Source: Spirochaetales bacterium
GTDB lineage: Bacteria > Spirochaetota > Spirochaetia > JABEVK01
Direction of reading: 5' to 3'
DNA length: 64,000 bases
Assembly: GCA_037142615.1 (NCBI GenBank)
Contig: JBAXAI010000004.1
Coordinates: 64,001 to 128,000 of the forward strand
The notes beneath the pieces were generated by a model, which saw nothing but the letters and a program-made list of their open reading frames with translations, did no database searches and was not told the DNA's origin. How positions within the stretch are numbered: the first letter of the stretch is position 1; each line of letters opens with the position of its first letter. Shown in pieces: positions 20,281 to 28,758 of this stretch. Made by a program: the position numbers and the translations under genes.

Positions 20281-21095
20281 CTTGGTTGGTAACGGGAGCG
20301 TCGTCGGGGGTCGGTCGGGTGTTGGCCGTGGCTTTGTCTGGTGCCGGTCACCGCGTGCTCCTGACGGGGCGCAACAAGGCTTGGCTGGCCGACACCCAGC
20401 GTTGGTGCCTCGGTTCCGAAGCGCACGCCGCCGACTTGGCCGACCCAGCGTCGGTAGACCAACTGGAGGCCTGGGTGCGCGACCAAGTTGGGCACGGGTC
20501 AACTTCGCAAGGCCTGGCGGGAATCGTCCACGCGGCCGGCCTCATGGCTTGGGACAGTCCTGCCACGGCGTCGGGCTGGAGCCTCATCCCTGCGGTCAAC
20601 GCGGTGGCCCCCTGGCGCCTGACCCGGAAGCTGGAGGATCTGCTGCTGGTCTCGGAGCATCCCCGGGTGCTTTTCATTGCGGGGGCTGCCTTTACGTTGA
20701 AGGGCGTGTTGCCACACCTCGAGAACTGGAAGGGTGAGCAGAAGGGGCGGGGCTTGGCCTTGGCCCTCGAGGCCGCCAGCGCCAAGGTGTGGATGGCGCG
20801 CGAACTGCATCGCCGATGGGCCGGGAAGGGGAGCACTTTCGCGTTTCATCCGGGCTTTATCAAGTCGCACTTGGCGGATGGGTTGCCCTTTCCCCTCAGC
20901 TTTCTGGGGTGTTTGGCCCAGCCCTTTTTGGCAGCCCGGTGTTTCAACGGCGAGTTTTTGGCGCTCGACCCTGCCGCACCCTTGCTGTCGGGCAACCTCG
21001 TCGAAGGTCGCAAGGCCAAGCCCGAGTGCCCCGACGGACCCGGAAGTGAGGCCCAAGCCAGCTTCCTGTCCTCTTGGATTTCTGAACTAGACTAA
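20277..21095 (+). CDS. SDR-family oxidoreductase, atypical active site
   Basis: TGASSGVG Rossmann motif, HAAG and HPGFIKS; YxxxK replaced by AASAK. Confidence 0.8.
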   Translation: MTWLVTGASSGVGRVLAVALSGAGHRVLLTGRNKAWLADTQRWCLGSEAHAADLADPASVDQLEAWVRDQVGHGSTSQGLAGIVHAAGLMAWDSPATASGWSLIPAVNAVAPWRLTRKLEDLLLVSEHPRVLFIAGAAFTLKGVLPHLENWKGEQKGRGLALALEAASAKVWMARELHRRWAGKGSTFAFHPGFIKSHLADGLPFPLSFLGCLAQPFLAARCFNGEFLALDPAAPLLSGNLVEGRKAKPECPDGPGSEAQASFLSSWISELD

Positions 21096-22351
21096 CTGAA
21101 CTTAGCTAATACCTGCCAGAAGTCGGGAAAGCTCTTGGCGACGCAGTCCGGGTTCTCGATCCTCTGGTTTCCGGTGGCAAGTCCGGCCACTCCGAAACTC
21201 ATCGCGATGCGGTGGTCGTTGTAGGTGGCGATTTGGGCCCCGGCCAGTGGGCTGCCCCCTTCGATGGTGTAGGTTTCGCCGTCGTGGTGGCTCCTGCAAC
21301 CCATCTTGGCGAGTTCAGCCTGCAGAGCGGCGACGCGGTTCGACTCTTTGTGCACCAGATGCCCGATGCGGGTAAACCGGCTTCGGCCTGCGGCAAACGC
21401 GGCGGCTATGGCCAGAGGCGGCACCAGGTCGGGCACGTCGCTCATGTCCTCTTCCAGACCCCTGAGGTCTGTCCCTGTGACCTTGACCGACTCGCGGGTC
21501 CAGTCCACCTGGCAACCCATGCGCTCCAGCAGGTCCAAAAAGCGCTTGTCCCCCTGCACGCTGTCACGCGAAAGCCCCTCCACGGTCACCGAGCACTTCA
21601 GCACCGCCGCAGCCAGAAACAGGAACGAGGCGCTCGAAAAATCACCCTCCACCAGCAGTTCGCGCCCTTGGTACGGCTGGGGCGCGTTCACCGTGATATG
21701 CCGGTAGTCGTCGTTTTGGCTCTCGGCGCCAAATTGCCGCATCATCGAAGTCGAGATGTCGAAGTAAGGCCTTTCGGTCATGGCGTCGAGACACTCCAGC
21801 GTCACCGGGCCGCGCGCCAGTGCACTGCTGATCACCAGACTGCTGAAATACTGGCTGGTGACGGCCCCGTGCAACGCCGCTCGGCCACCGTTCAGGCCTG
21901 TCGGGTGCACCCGCACCGGCGGCAAGCCTTCCTGCCCCAGATAGTCGATGTGGGCCCCCAATTGCCGCACCCCGTCGACCACCTCACGAATGGGGCGCTC
22001 GTTGAGTCGTGGAGTGCCGCCGAGGGTCACCGCGCGGTCGGCCAAGCAGGCCGCCGAGGTGAGAAAGTTCATCGTCACACCGGAGTCGCCGACAAAAAGC
22101 GCCTCCTGGATGGGGTGGAACCTGCCCCCGGTCCCGACCACCGTCACCAGGTTTTCCCCGACGGTCACCGAAACACCCAGAGCCCTCAGGCAGGCGATCA
22201 TGTTGTGCTGGTCTTCTGCCAAAAGCGGCCGCCTAAGGGTGGTGGTGCCGTGCGCCAGGGCACCCAGCAGAAGGGCTCGCAGCGTGTAGGCTTTTGCGGG
22301 CGGCGCCAGGAAGGTCACAGGGCGGGCTGATACCCGGTTGATCGTTATCAT
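21092..22351 (-). CDS. aroA: 3-phosphoshikimate 1-carboxyvinyltransferase (EPSP synthase family)
   Basis: ERP, SQY, EGDFSSA, DVPD, KESNR, DHRIAMS, KSFPDF; start ATG at 22351. Confidence 0.88.
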   Translation of the reverse strand: MITINRVSARPVTFLAPPAKAYTLRALLLGALAHGTTTLRRPLLAEDQHNMIACLRALGVSVTVGENLVTVVGTGGRFHPIQEALFVGDSGVTMNFLTSAACLADRAVTLGGTPRLNERPIREVVDGVRQLGAHIDYLGQEGLPPVRVHPTGLNGGRAALHGAVTSQYFSSLVISSALARGPVTLECLDAMTERPYFDISTSMMRQFGAESQNDDYRHITVNAPQPYQGRELLVEGDFSSASFLFLAAAVLKCSVTVEGLSRDSVQGDKRFLDLLERMGCQVDWTRESVKVTGTDLRGLEEDMSDVPDLVPPLAIAAAFAAGRSRFTRIGHLVHKESNRVAALQAELAKMGCRSHHDGETYTIEGGSPLAGAQIATYNDHRIAMSFGVAGLATGNQRIENPDCVAKSFPDFWQVLAKFS

Positions 22352-22428
22352 GCCGCCACCGTAGCCCAATCTTTTCCCCGAGTCAAATTTCACTGGTCAA
22401 ACCTCCCCCCTACCACTACAGTCAACAG

Positions 22429-24336
22429 ATGGACTTCACGTCGCGGGATTTTTCCGAGCGCTACACGACCAACGCTGGGCTGGGGGCCTTTTGGTCGCCC
22501 CAAGGAACGACTTTCCGGCTTTGGGCCCCTCAGGCGCAGGCAGCCAGGGTACGGCTCTACGATTCCTGGGAGGGTGGAACCTGCACCGAGGCCGACCTCA
22601 AGCTCGGCGAGCGCGGCGTCTGGGAAGCCCTGGTCGAGGGCAATCTGGCCGGACGCTACTACACCCTGGCCACCGAATACGCGGCGCGTGGCTGGGAAGA
22701 AGGTGTTGACCCCTACGCACGCGCCGTGGGACCCCAAGGACGTCGCGGCTATTTGTTCGATCCTGCGCCGACCAGTCCCGAAGGTTGGGAGTCCGAGTCT
22801 TCGCCCGAGTTGCATCATCAGTTGGACAGCGTGCTCTACGAGTTGAGCGTGCGCGACGCCTCCAGCCAGCCGTCGTCGGGAATTGTTCACCGCGGCAAGT
22901 TTCTCGGCCTCACCGAGGAGCACACCACGAGCCCCGAGGGCGAAAAGACCGGCTTGGACCATCTGGTTGAGCTCGGGGTCACCCATGTGCACCTGTTACC
23001 CATCTACGATTTCGACGGTGTCGATGACCTGGCCGACAGTCCGAGCGACTACAACTGGGGGTACAACCCCCGCAATTTCAATGCCCTCAAGCCGGCGTTT
23101 TCCACCGATCCCCGCGACCCTGCGGTCGGCATCCGCGAGTTCAAACAACTCGTTCAGGCCTTTCACCGCCGTGGCCTGAGAGTCGTCATGGACGTCGTCT
23201 ACAACCACACCTACGCCACCGTCGACAGTCACCTGAACCGGGCGTACCCTTTCTACTACTACCGCATGTACGGGGCCGAGTTTTCCAACGGTTCCGGTTG
23301 TGGCAACGAGCTGGCCACCGAACGCCCCATGGTCCGGCGCTACATCCTCGACTCGCTCAAGTACTGGAAGAACGAGTTTCACCTTGATGGTTTCCGTTTC
23401 GACCTGATGGGCCTGTACGATACCGACACCATGAACGAGGTCGCGCGCGAGCTGCGCAAGGATGATCCCAATTTCCTGCTCTACGGCGAGGGCTGGACGG
23501 GCGGGCTCTCGACGCTTCCCGACGAGCGGAAAACCATCAAGGCCAACGCCTCGCAAGTGCGCGAAATCGCCTTCTTCAGCGATGAGAACCGTGATGCGCT
23601 CAAGGGTCATGTGTTCGAGGTGGCCCTCAAGGGCTTTGCCAACGGCGGCCAGCACCTCGAGGAGGCCGTCAAGTTCGCCGCCGCTGGTTGTGTGGCGCAT
23701 CCGGCGCTCCACCGGGGCAGTTGGGCTCAGGGGCCCCACCAAACGGTGAACTACGTTGCCGCCCACGACAACCACACCCTGTGGGACAAACTGGCCCACA
23801 CCAACCCCGAGGCCACCGAGGCCGAGCGCATACGCATGGTGAAGCTCGCGCAAGGGGCCGTGTTCCTGTCGCAGGGCTTTCCCTTCCTTCATGCCGGCGA
23901 GGAGTTTCTACGATCGAAGAAGGGCGTCGAGAACTCCTACAACTCGTCCGATGGCATCAATGGCCTCGACTGGCACGCCAAGTCCCGCTACCGCGAAGTG
24001 TTCGACTATCTGCGCGGCCTGATTGCCTTGCGGCGGGCACATCCCGCGTTGCGCCTGCGCTCGGCCGAGCAGGTTCGCGAACACTTGGCGTACCCGGAAC
24101 TCCTGGAGCCTGGCTTGGTGTCGTGGATTCTGCGCGACAATGCTGGTGGAGACGAGGCACACCGCCTTCAGGTCATCCTCAATTCGACGCAGCGGGGGCG
24201 CGAGGTCCACTTGGAAAAAGGCAACTGGGACATTCTGGCCGACGGCGAGCGGGCCGGTATCAAATCGCTCGGCAAGCCGCGTAACCGGATTGTGAATGTG
24301 GCACCCGTGAGTCTCCTGGTCGTCGCCTCAACTTGA
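22429..24336 (+). CDS. pulA: Type I pullulanase (GH13)
   Basis: YNWGYNP, MDVVYNHT, GFRFDLMG, YGEGW, YVAAHDN. Confidence 0.95.
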   Translation: MDFTSRDFSERYTTNAGLGAFWSPQGTTFRLWAPQAQAARVRLYDSWEGGTCTEADLKLGERGVWEALVEGNLAGRYYTLATEYAARGWEEGVDPYARAVGPQGRRGYLFDPAPTSPEGWESESSPELHHQLDSVLYELSVRDASSQPSSGIVHRGKFLGLTEEHTTSPEGEKTGLDHLVELGVTHVHLLPIYDFDGVDDLADSPSDYNWGYNPRNFNALKPAFSTDPRDPAVGIREFKQLVQAFHRRGLRVVMDVVYNHTYATVDSHLNRAYPFYYYRMYGAEFSNGSGCGNELATERPMVRRYILDSLKYWKNEFHLDGFRFDLMGLYDTDTMNEVARELRKDDPNFLLYGEGWTGGLSTLPDERKTIKANASQVREIAFFSDENRDALKGHVFEVALKGFANGGQHLEEAVKFAAAGCVAHPALHRGSWAQGPHQTVNYVAAHDNHTLWDKLAHTNPEATEAERIRMVKLAQGAVFLSQGFPFLHAGEEFLRSKKGVENSYNSSDGINGLDWHAKSRYREVFDYLRGLIALRRAHPALRLRSAEQVREHLAYPELLEPGLVSWILRDNAGGDEAHRLQVILNSTQRGREVHLEKGNWDILADGERAGIKSLGKPRNRIVNVAPVSLLVVAST

Positions 24337-24360
24337 CAACCCGGGAAAATTGTTTATTCT
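24333..24360 (+). promoter_or_regulatory. Sigma70-type promoter
   Basis: TTGACA-N16-TATTCT upstream of the small membrane protein and rplM. Confidence 0.55.
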
Positions 24361-24388
24361 GAAACCGATTTACCCTTGGGAGGATTTC

Positions 24389-24646
24389 ATGGCGATTGTC
24401 GTAGGTTTGGTGTTTCTGCTGCTATCTGTGTGGGCTGTTTTGCCTGCCAACCTGTTCGGCCTGAACTGGGGGGCCGACGTCCTGACGTTCCTTCGCGGTG
24501 GAGCCCCCATCCTGGGCCTGTTCATCGGCCTGATCGCCGTGTTCATCGGCATTGCGGACATGAAAGACAAGGCCGAGGCCAAGAAGGAAGAAGAGGCCGA
24601 AAAAGCCAAGGCCGCCGCTTCGACCGATGGCAGCTCTGCCTCTTGA
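24389..24646 (+). CDS. Small two-TM membrane protein with charged C-terminal tail
   Basis: GGAGG RBS; two hydrophobic helices followed by a Lys/Glu/Ala-rich tail. Confidence 0.75.
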   Translation: MAIVVGLVFLLLSVWAVLPANLFGLNWGADVLTFLRGGAPILGLFIGLIAVFIGIADMKDKAEAKKEEEAEKAKAAASTDGSSAS

Positions 24647-24724
24647 CCGAAAGGGGGGATCCGTGACATCTTGTCTCACCCCGCTATTAGTCGAGTCAGT
24701 GAAAAAGAGAAAGAGAAGGCAGAC

Positions 24725-25153
24725 ATGAAGACGATTTTTGTGAAGCCTGCGGATGTTGTACGCAAATGGTACATCATCGACGCCGAAGGCCAGATGCTCG
24801 GACGAGTCGCTACCAAAGTGGCGACCATCCTCCGTGGCAAGAACAAGCCCCTGTATACTCCCCACCAGGAAGTCGGTGATTACGTGATTGTGATCAACAC
24901 CAGCAAGATGAAGGTGTCCGGCGGAAAGGAATTCAAGAAGATTTACTACCACCATACCACCCACATCGGCGGGATCAAGGGTGAGTCGTACCAGTCGCTG
25001 CTCAAGCGTCGGCCCGAACGCCCCCTCGAGTTGGCGATCAAGGGGATGCTTCCTCATACCCCTCTCGGCTACCAGCTTTTCGGTAACGTCAAAGTGTACG
25101 GTGGCGACCGCCATCCTCACGCCGCCCAGCAACCCCAGGCCTTGAGCCTTTAA
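24725..25153 (+). CDS. rplM: 50S ribosomal protein L13
   Basis: WYIIDAEGQMLGR, GKNKPLYTPH, KGMLP. Confidence 0.98.
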   Translation: MKTIFVKPADVVRKWYIIDAEGQMLGRVATKVATILRGKNKPLYTPHQEVGDYVIVINTSKMKVSGGKEFKKIYYHHTTHIGGIKGESYQSLLKRRPERPLELAIKGMLPHTPLGYQLFGNVKVYGGDRHPHAAQQPQALSL

Positions 25154-25168
25154 GGTCAGGAGAACAAC

Positions 25169-25561
25169 ATGGCTGAAAAAACCATCAACGGAACCGGACG
25201 CCGCAAGACTGCTGTCGCCCGCGTCTACGTCACCAAGGGAAAGGGCGTGATTACGATCAACCACCTCCCTCTGGAAAAGTACTTCCCCTATCCCATCCAG
25301 CAGATGACCGTCAAGGCTCCCTTGACCGTCCTCGACATGGACGGCAAGTACGATATCAACATCAACTGCAAGGGTGGCGGGTTCAACGCTCAGGCCGAGG
25401 CCATCCGCCACGGAATCTCGCGCGCTTTCGACGAAATGGATGCGACCAACCGTCCTGTCCTGAAGGCCAACGGCTTTCTGACCCGCGACTCCCGCATGGT
25501 GGAGCGAAAGAAGTACGGTCAGAAAAAGGCCCGCAAGCGGTTCCAGTTCTCGAAGCGCTAA
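25169..25561 (+). CDS. rpsI: 30S ribosomal protein S9
   Basis: GTGRRKTAVARV, ERKKYG, QFSKR. Confidence 0.98.
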   Translation: MAEKTINGTGRRKTAVARVYVTKGKGVITINHLPLEKYFPYPIQQMTVKAPLTVLDMDGKYDININCKGGGFNAQAEAIRHGISRAFDEMDATNRPVLKANGFLTRDSRMVERKKYGQKKARKRFQFSKR

Positions 25562-25621
25562 AGCGCTTCTTGGCGCTAAAGCGCTTCCTGACGATATATC
25601 GTTTCTTGGCGCTAAAGCGCT
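25555..25621. repeat. Three copies of GCGCTAAAGCGCT, including an exact 19-bp direct repeat
   Basis: Copies at 25555-67, 25573-85 and 25609-21; TTCTTGGCGCTAAAGCGCT at 25567-85 and 25603-21. Confidence 0.9.
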
Positions 25622-25685
25622 GCGAGATCCAAAGTTTGGAGACTTCGAGTCCAAACGGGCAGTTGTCCGGCTTTTGGTTCCACTG

Positions 25686-25713
25686 CCGTCCCGTTTTGGG
25701 ACGGTTTTTTTTT
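25686..25713 (+). terminator. Intrinsic terminator of rplM-rpsI
   Basis: CCGTCCC/GGGACGG stem followed by nine T. Confidence 0.88.
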
Positions 25714-25721
25714 GCTCCGCG

Positions 25722-25750
25722 TTGACAAGCGCGTTGGCGAGAACTATCCT
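25722..25750 (+). promoter_or_regulatory. Sigma70-type promoter
   Basis: TTGACA-N17-TATCCT. Confidence 0.7.
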
Positions 25751-25776
25751 GCTCCCACGGAGTGTTCATCAAAGCT

Positions 25777-26370
25777 ATGCCACCGACGCCCAAACAGAAA
25801 GTCTTTTCCGCGCTCGAAGTTGCCAAGGTCTGCGGCGTGGTCAATCAGACCGTCATCAACTGGATTCGTGCTGGCAAACTCAAAGCCTCGACGACACCCG
25901 GCGGGCAGTTCCGCGTCTATCCCGAAGACCTTCGGGGATTCCTTCTTGAAAATGGGATGAAAATCCCCGACGACCTGAAGGAACTCTTTCGCCAGCAGCG
26001 AGCTTCGGTTCTCGTGGTGGAAGATGACCGCGTTCTCAACGACCTGCTTGCGGTCCAACTGCGGCGGCAGTGGCCAGAAGCCGACCTCTTCCAGGCCTTC
26101 GACGGCTTTGAGGCCGGGTCCCTCCTTGGCGTGAATCGACCTGAGGTAGTGCTGCTCGACCTGAACCTGCCTGGTGTGGACGGCTTTGAGCTGTGTCGAC
26201 GTATCAAGCAAGAGCCGGGTTTTGAGCAGCCCTGGGTTGTCGCGATGACCTCGAGCGACGAACCCGGACTGGAAGACCGACTTGCGGCACTCGGTGCCGA
26301 CGCCTTTTTTCGTAAGCCGTTCGACTTTGAACTGCTTGCGGAAAGCCTCCACAAGCGCCTTTCGCGGTAA
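25777..26370 (+). CDS. Response regulator with N-terminal excisionase/MerR-like HTH and C-terminal REC
   Basis: ALEVAKVCGV..QTVINWIRAGKL..TPGGQFRV; REC motifs VVEDD, LLDLNLP, MT, KPF; start uncertain (25762 or 25777). Confidence 0.88.
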   Translation: MPPTPKQKVFSALEVAKVCGVVNQTVINWIRAGKLKASTTPGGQFRVYPEDLRGFLLENGMKIPDDLKELFRQQRASVLVVEDDRVLNDLLAVQLRRQWPEADLFQAFDGFEAGSLLGVNRPEVVLLDLNLPGVDGFELCRRIKQEPGFEQPWVVAMTSSDEPGLEDRLAALGADAFFRKPFDFELLAESLHKRLSR

Positions 26371-26381
26371 CAGGAGTTCGC

Positions 26382-26726
26382 ATGGAAGTGAGCAATGCCT
26401 ACATCTTGATCGTCGAGGACGAGGATTCCATCCGTATACCGCTCAAGGACTACCTGACGCGTATCGGATTCACCGTGCTGGTGGCGTCTGACGGTGTGGG
26501 TGCCATCAAACAGTTGCTCGACTTTCCGGTGCAGTACATCATCACCGACTACCGAATGGAAACCCTTGGTGGCGACTATTGGATTCGATTTCTGCAACGC
26601 TACTGCCATGAGATCAAAGTTTTGGTCACCAGCGGCTTCCTGAAGTCCGACCTACCCATCCCGTTCGAGTTCCTGGCCAAACCGTATTCCTTCAAGGAAC
26701 TCGAAGCCAGATTGCGGGCGCTGTAG
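26382..26726 (+). CDS. Single-domain response regulator
   Basis: IVEDE, ITDYRM, VTSG, KPY; CAGGAG RBS. Confidence 0.88.
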   Translation: MEVSNAYILIVEDEDSIRIPLKDYLTRIGFTVLVASDGVGAIKQLLDFPVQYIITDYRMETLGGDYWIRFLQRYCHEIKVLVTSGFLKSDLPIPFEFLAKPYSFKELEARLRAL

Positions 26727-26727
26727 C

Positions 26728-28572
26728 TCACATACCGAGGATTTCGTCGGGGATGGGTGTGATCAACTTCACCAGCTCATCGAAGATGAAGTCGACGTCC
26801 ATGACTCCGAACATTTGGCCGCCAGCATCGAAAAGCGGGTGCGCCGAAGTGAGAATCAGGCGGTTGGTGTATTTCGAGAAAAACAAGTCCGAATCGTAGG
26901 CTTCGCGGGTTTCGAGAACCCTCATGAACCATTCGTGCTTGCGGAAATCCTTTCCAAGCAGATTGCGGAACAGGGCCTTTTCGCCACGCTGTGTATGCAC
27001 TTGGGTAATCCTGCGGCCTTCGACGTTGGTCACGGCGAGCAATTGGATCGAACCTTCGCGCATGACGGCCTCACTGAGGTCCGCTTCCATCAGCTCCAGG
27101 TCAAAGGTCCGGAACGACTCCTTGGCAGAAAGGTGGCCCGCCAGATCGTGGGCGATACGCACGGCCTCGGCCTTCACCTTCTCGAAATCGGACACAAAGA
27201 GGCTCGGCAGGAAACGCTTGGTCTGCGCCAGCATTTCCTCCGGAGAGATCGAGGTGGTACGGCCCTGGGCGTACTCCTCCAGGATCCACGTGTGGATGTG
27301 CTTCAACCCGTGGGCGCGCTTTCCAATCGATTCCTTGTGACCGGAAGCAATCTCGGAGATGTTTTCATTGATCCACTGGGCGATGCCGGCCATGCCCGAC
27401 TTGTCGGTAACCTGAATGCGCAGCGGCCGGTCGAGCAACTTCTCGGTGTCGAAGATGTTGTAGATCTCGGGGTTCTTCATGATGCCGTCAGCATGGATCC
27501 CAGCCCGGGTCGTATTGAACTCCAGGCCCACAAAGGGGTAATTCGGCGCGATGGACGCCTGGATCTCTTCCCGGAAGAAACGCGCAATCTTGGTGATCAC
27601 GCGGGTGTCCATGCCGTCGTTGGTGCCCTTGAGCGCGATGTATTCCATTACCGCACCTTCGAGCGGCGGGTTGCCGGTCCGCTCGCCGAAGCCCAGCAGG
27701 CTCGCATTCAGGCTCGAGCACCCGTACAGCCAGGCCGTGGTGGCATTGACGTGCACCTTATGGAAGTCGTTGTGACCGTGCCATTCGAGCCAAGCGCTGG
27801 GGTAGGCAAGCTCCTGGGCAAAGGCGTGCACGAGCTTCGGCACACTTCGAGGCAGCACCGAACCAGGGTACGTGACCCCGAACCCCATGGTATCGCAAAG
27901 CCGGATCTTCACCGGGAGTTTGGCCTCGCGAGCGAGGAGGAGCAACTTTTCGGCGAAAGGAAGCACAAAGCCGTACAGGTCGGCCCGGGTAACGTCTTCG
28001 AAGTGGCAGCGGGGCACAATGCCGGCCGCGAGCGCTTCTTTGACGATGCCTAGGTACTGGTCTTGGATTTTGGCGCGGGTCTTTTTGAGCTTGAGAAAGA
28101 TGTGGTAGTCGCTCACAGACGTGAGGATCCCCGTCTCTTTGAGTCCGAGGCTTTTGGCCAGCACAAGGTCTTCGGCATCGGCCCGAATCCAGCCGGTGAT
28201 TTCGGGAAACTCATAGCCTTTGGCCTGGCAGAGTTCGAGGGCCTTCTGGTCGCGCTTGGAATACAGGAAGAACTCGGTCTGGCGGATGATTCCCTTGGGC
28301 CCGCCTAGCTCATGCAACAGATCAAAGATGGTGCTGATCTGCTCGGGGGTATAGGGCGGGCGCGACTGCTGGCCGTCGCGAAACGTGGTGTCGGTGATCC
28401 AGATGTCGTGGGCCGGATGGGGTATCACGTCGTGACCATCGAACAAGATGCGCGGCACGTCGTCGTAGGGAAACTGATCACGGTAGAGCTCGGGTTCAGA
28501 AACATCGGCCAAGGGAAAGTTCCCCCGGGTGCGTAGCGGCGAAAAAGGACTGTGCATGGACCATTTTGACAA
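26728..28572 (-). CDS. Re-citrate synthase-like enzyme (DRE-TIM/LeuA family) with C-terminal Cache/PAS-like extension
   Basis: DTTFRDGQQSRPPY, TEFFLY, TSVSDYHIFLKL, RCHFED, HGHNDF, GERTGN; last ~150 aa end in a Cache-like LILTSAHPLFDAGGQMFGVMDVD. Confidence 0.8.
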   Translation of the reverse strand: MSKWSMHSPFSPLRTRGNFPLADVSEPELYRDQFPYDDVPRILFDGHDVIPHPAHDIWITDTTFRDGQQSRPPYTPEQISTIFDLLHELGGPKGIIRQTEFFLYSKRDQKALELCQAKGYEFPEITGWIRADAEDLVLAKSLGLKETGILTSVSDYHIFLKLKKTRAKIQDQYLGIVKEALAAGIVPRCHFEDVTRADLYGFVLPFAEKLLLLAREAKLPVKIRLCDTMGFGVTYPGSVLPRSVPKLVHAFAQELAYPSAWLEWHGHNDFHKVHVNATTAWLYGCSSLNASLLGFGERTGNPPLEGAVMEYIALKGTNDGMDTRVITKIARFFREEIQASIAPNYPFVGLEFNTTRAGIHADGIMKNPEIYNIFDTEKLLDRPLRIQVTDKSGMAGIAQWINENISEIASGHKESIGKRAHGLKHIHTWILEEYAQGRTTSISPEEMLAQTKRFLPSLFVSDFEKVKAEAVRIAHDLAGHLSAKESFRTFDLELMEADLSEAVMREGSIQLLAVTNVEGRRITQVHTQRGEKALFRNLLGKDFRKHEWFMRVLETREAYDSDLFFSKYTNRLILTSAHPLFDAGGQMFGVMDVDFIFDELVKLITPIPDEILGM

Positions 28573-28594
28573 AACACCCGCGATGATGCAAGAT
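28566..28594 (+). promoter_or_regulatory. Putative promoter of the rsgA leader
   Basis: TTGACA-N17-CAAGAT. Confidence 0.5.
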
Positions 28595-28623
28595 AGAGCA
28601 ATATTTCCCGCAGGAGGCGCTTC

Positions 28624-28677
28624 ATGAACACCACTACCAAGGATTTTGCCCGTCTCCCGGTCGGGACCCGCACCTAA
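28624..28677 (+). CDS. Putative leader peptide MNTTTKDFARLPVGTRT upstream of rsgA
   Basis: AGGAGG at 28612-17, 6 nt before the ATG; 17 codons then TAA; followed by alternative hairpins. Confidence 0.65.
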   Translation: MNTTTKDFARLPVGTRT

Positions 28678-28758
28678 CCGCGCGTTGCGCGTTCAGGGCC
28701 TGTTGAAAGGCCCAGCCCGACCGGTTTCAACCAAACTTCTGAAACCGAGGGACCTCCG

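Noticed and set aside
25555-25621. Possible mini-CRISPR array
   Set aside because: Repeats are 13-19 bp with 5-23 bp irregular spacers, and no cas genes are present
25777-26370. Excisionase-like HTH as evidence of a prophage or ICE
   Set aside because: It is fused to a REC domain; no integrase, relaxase or phage genes nearby
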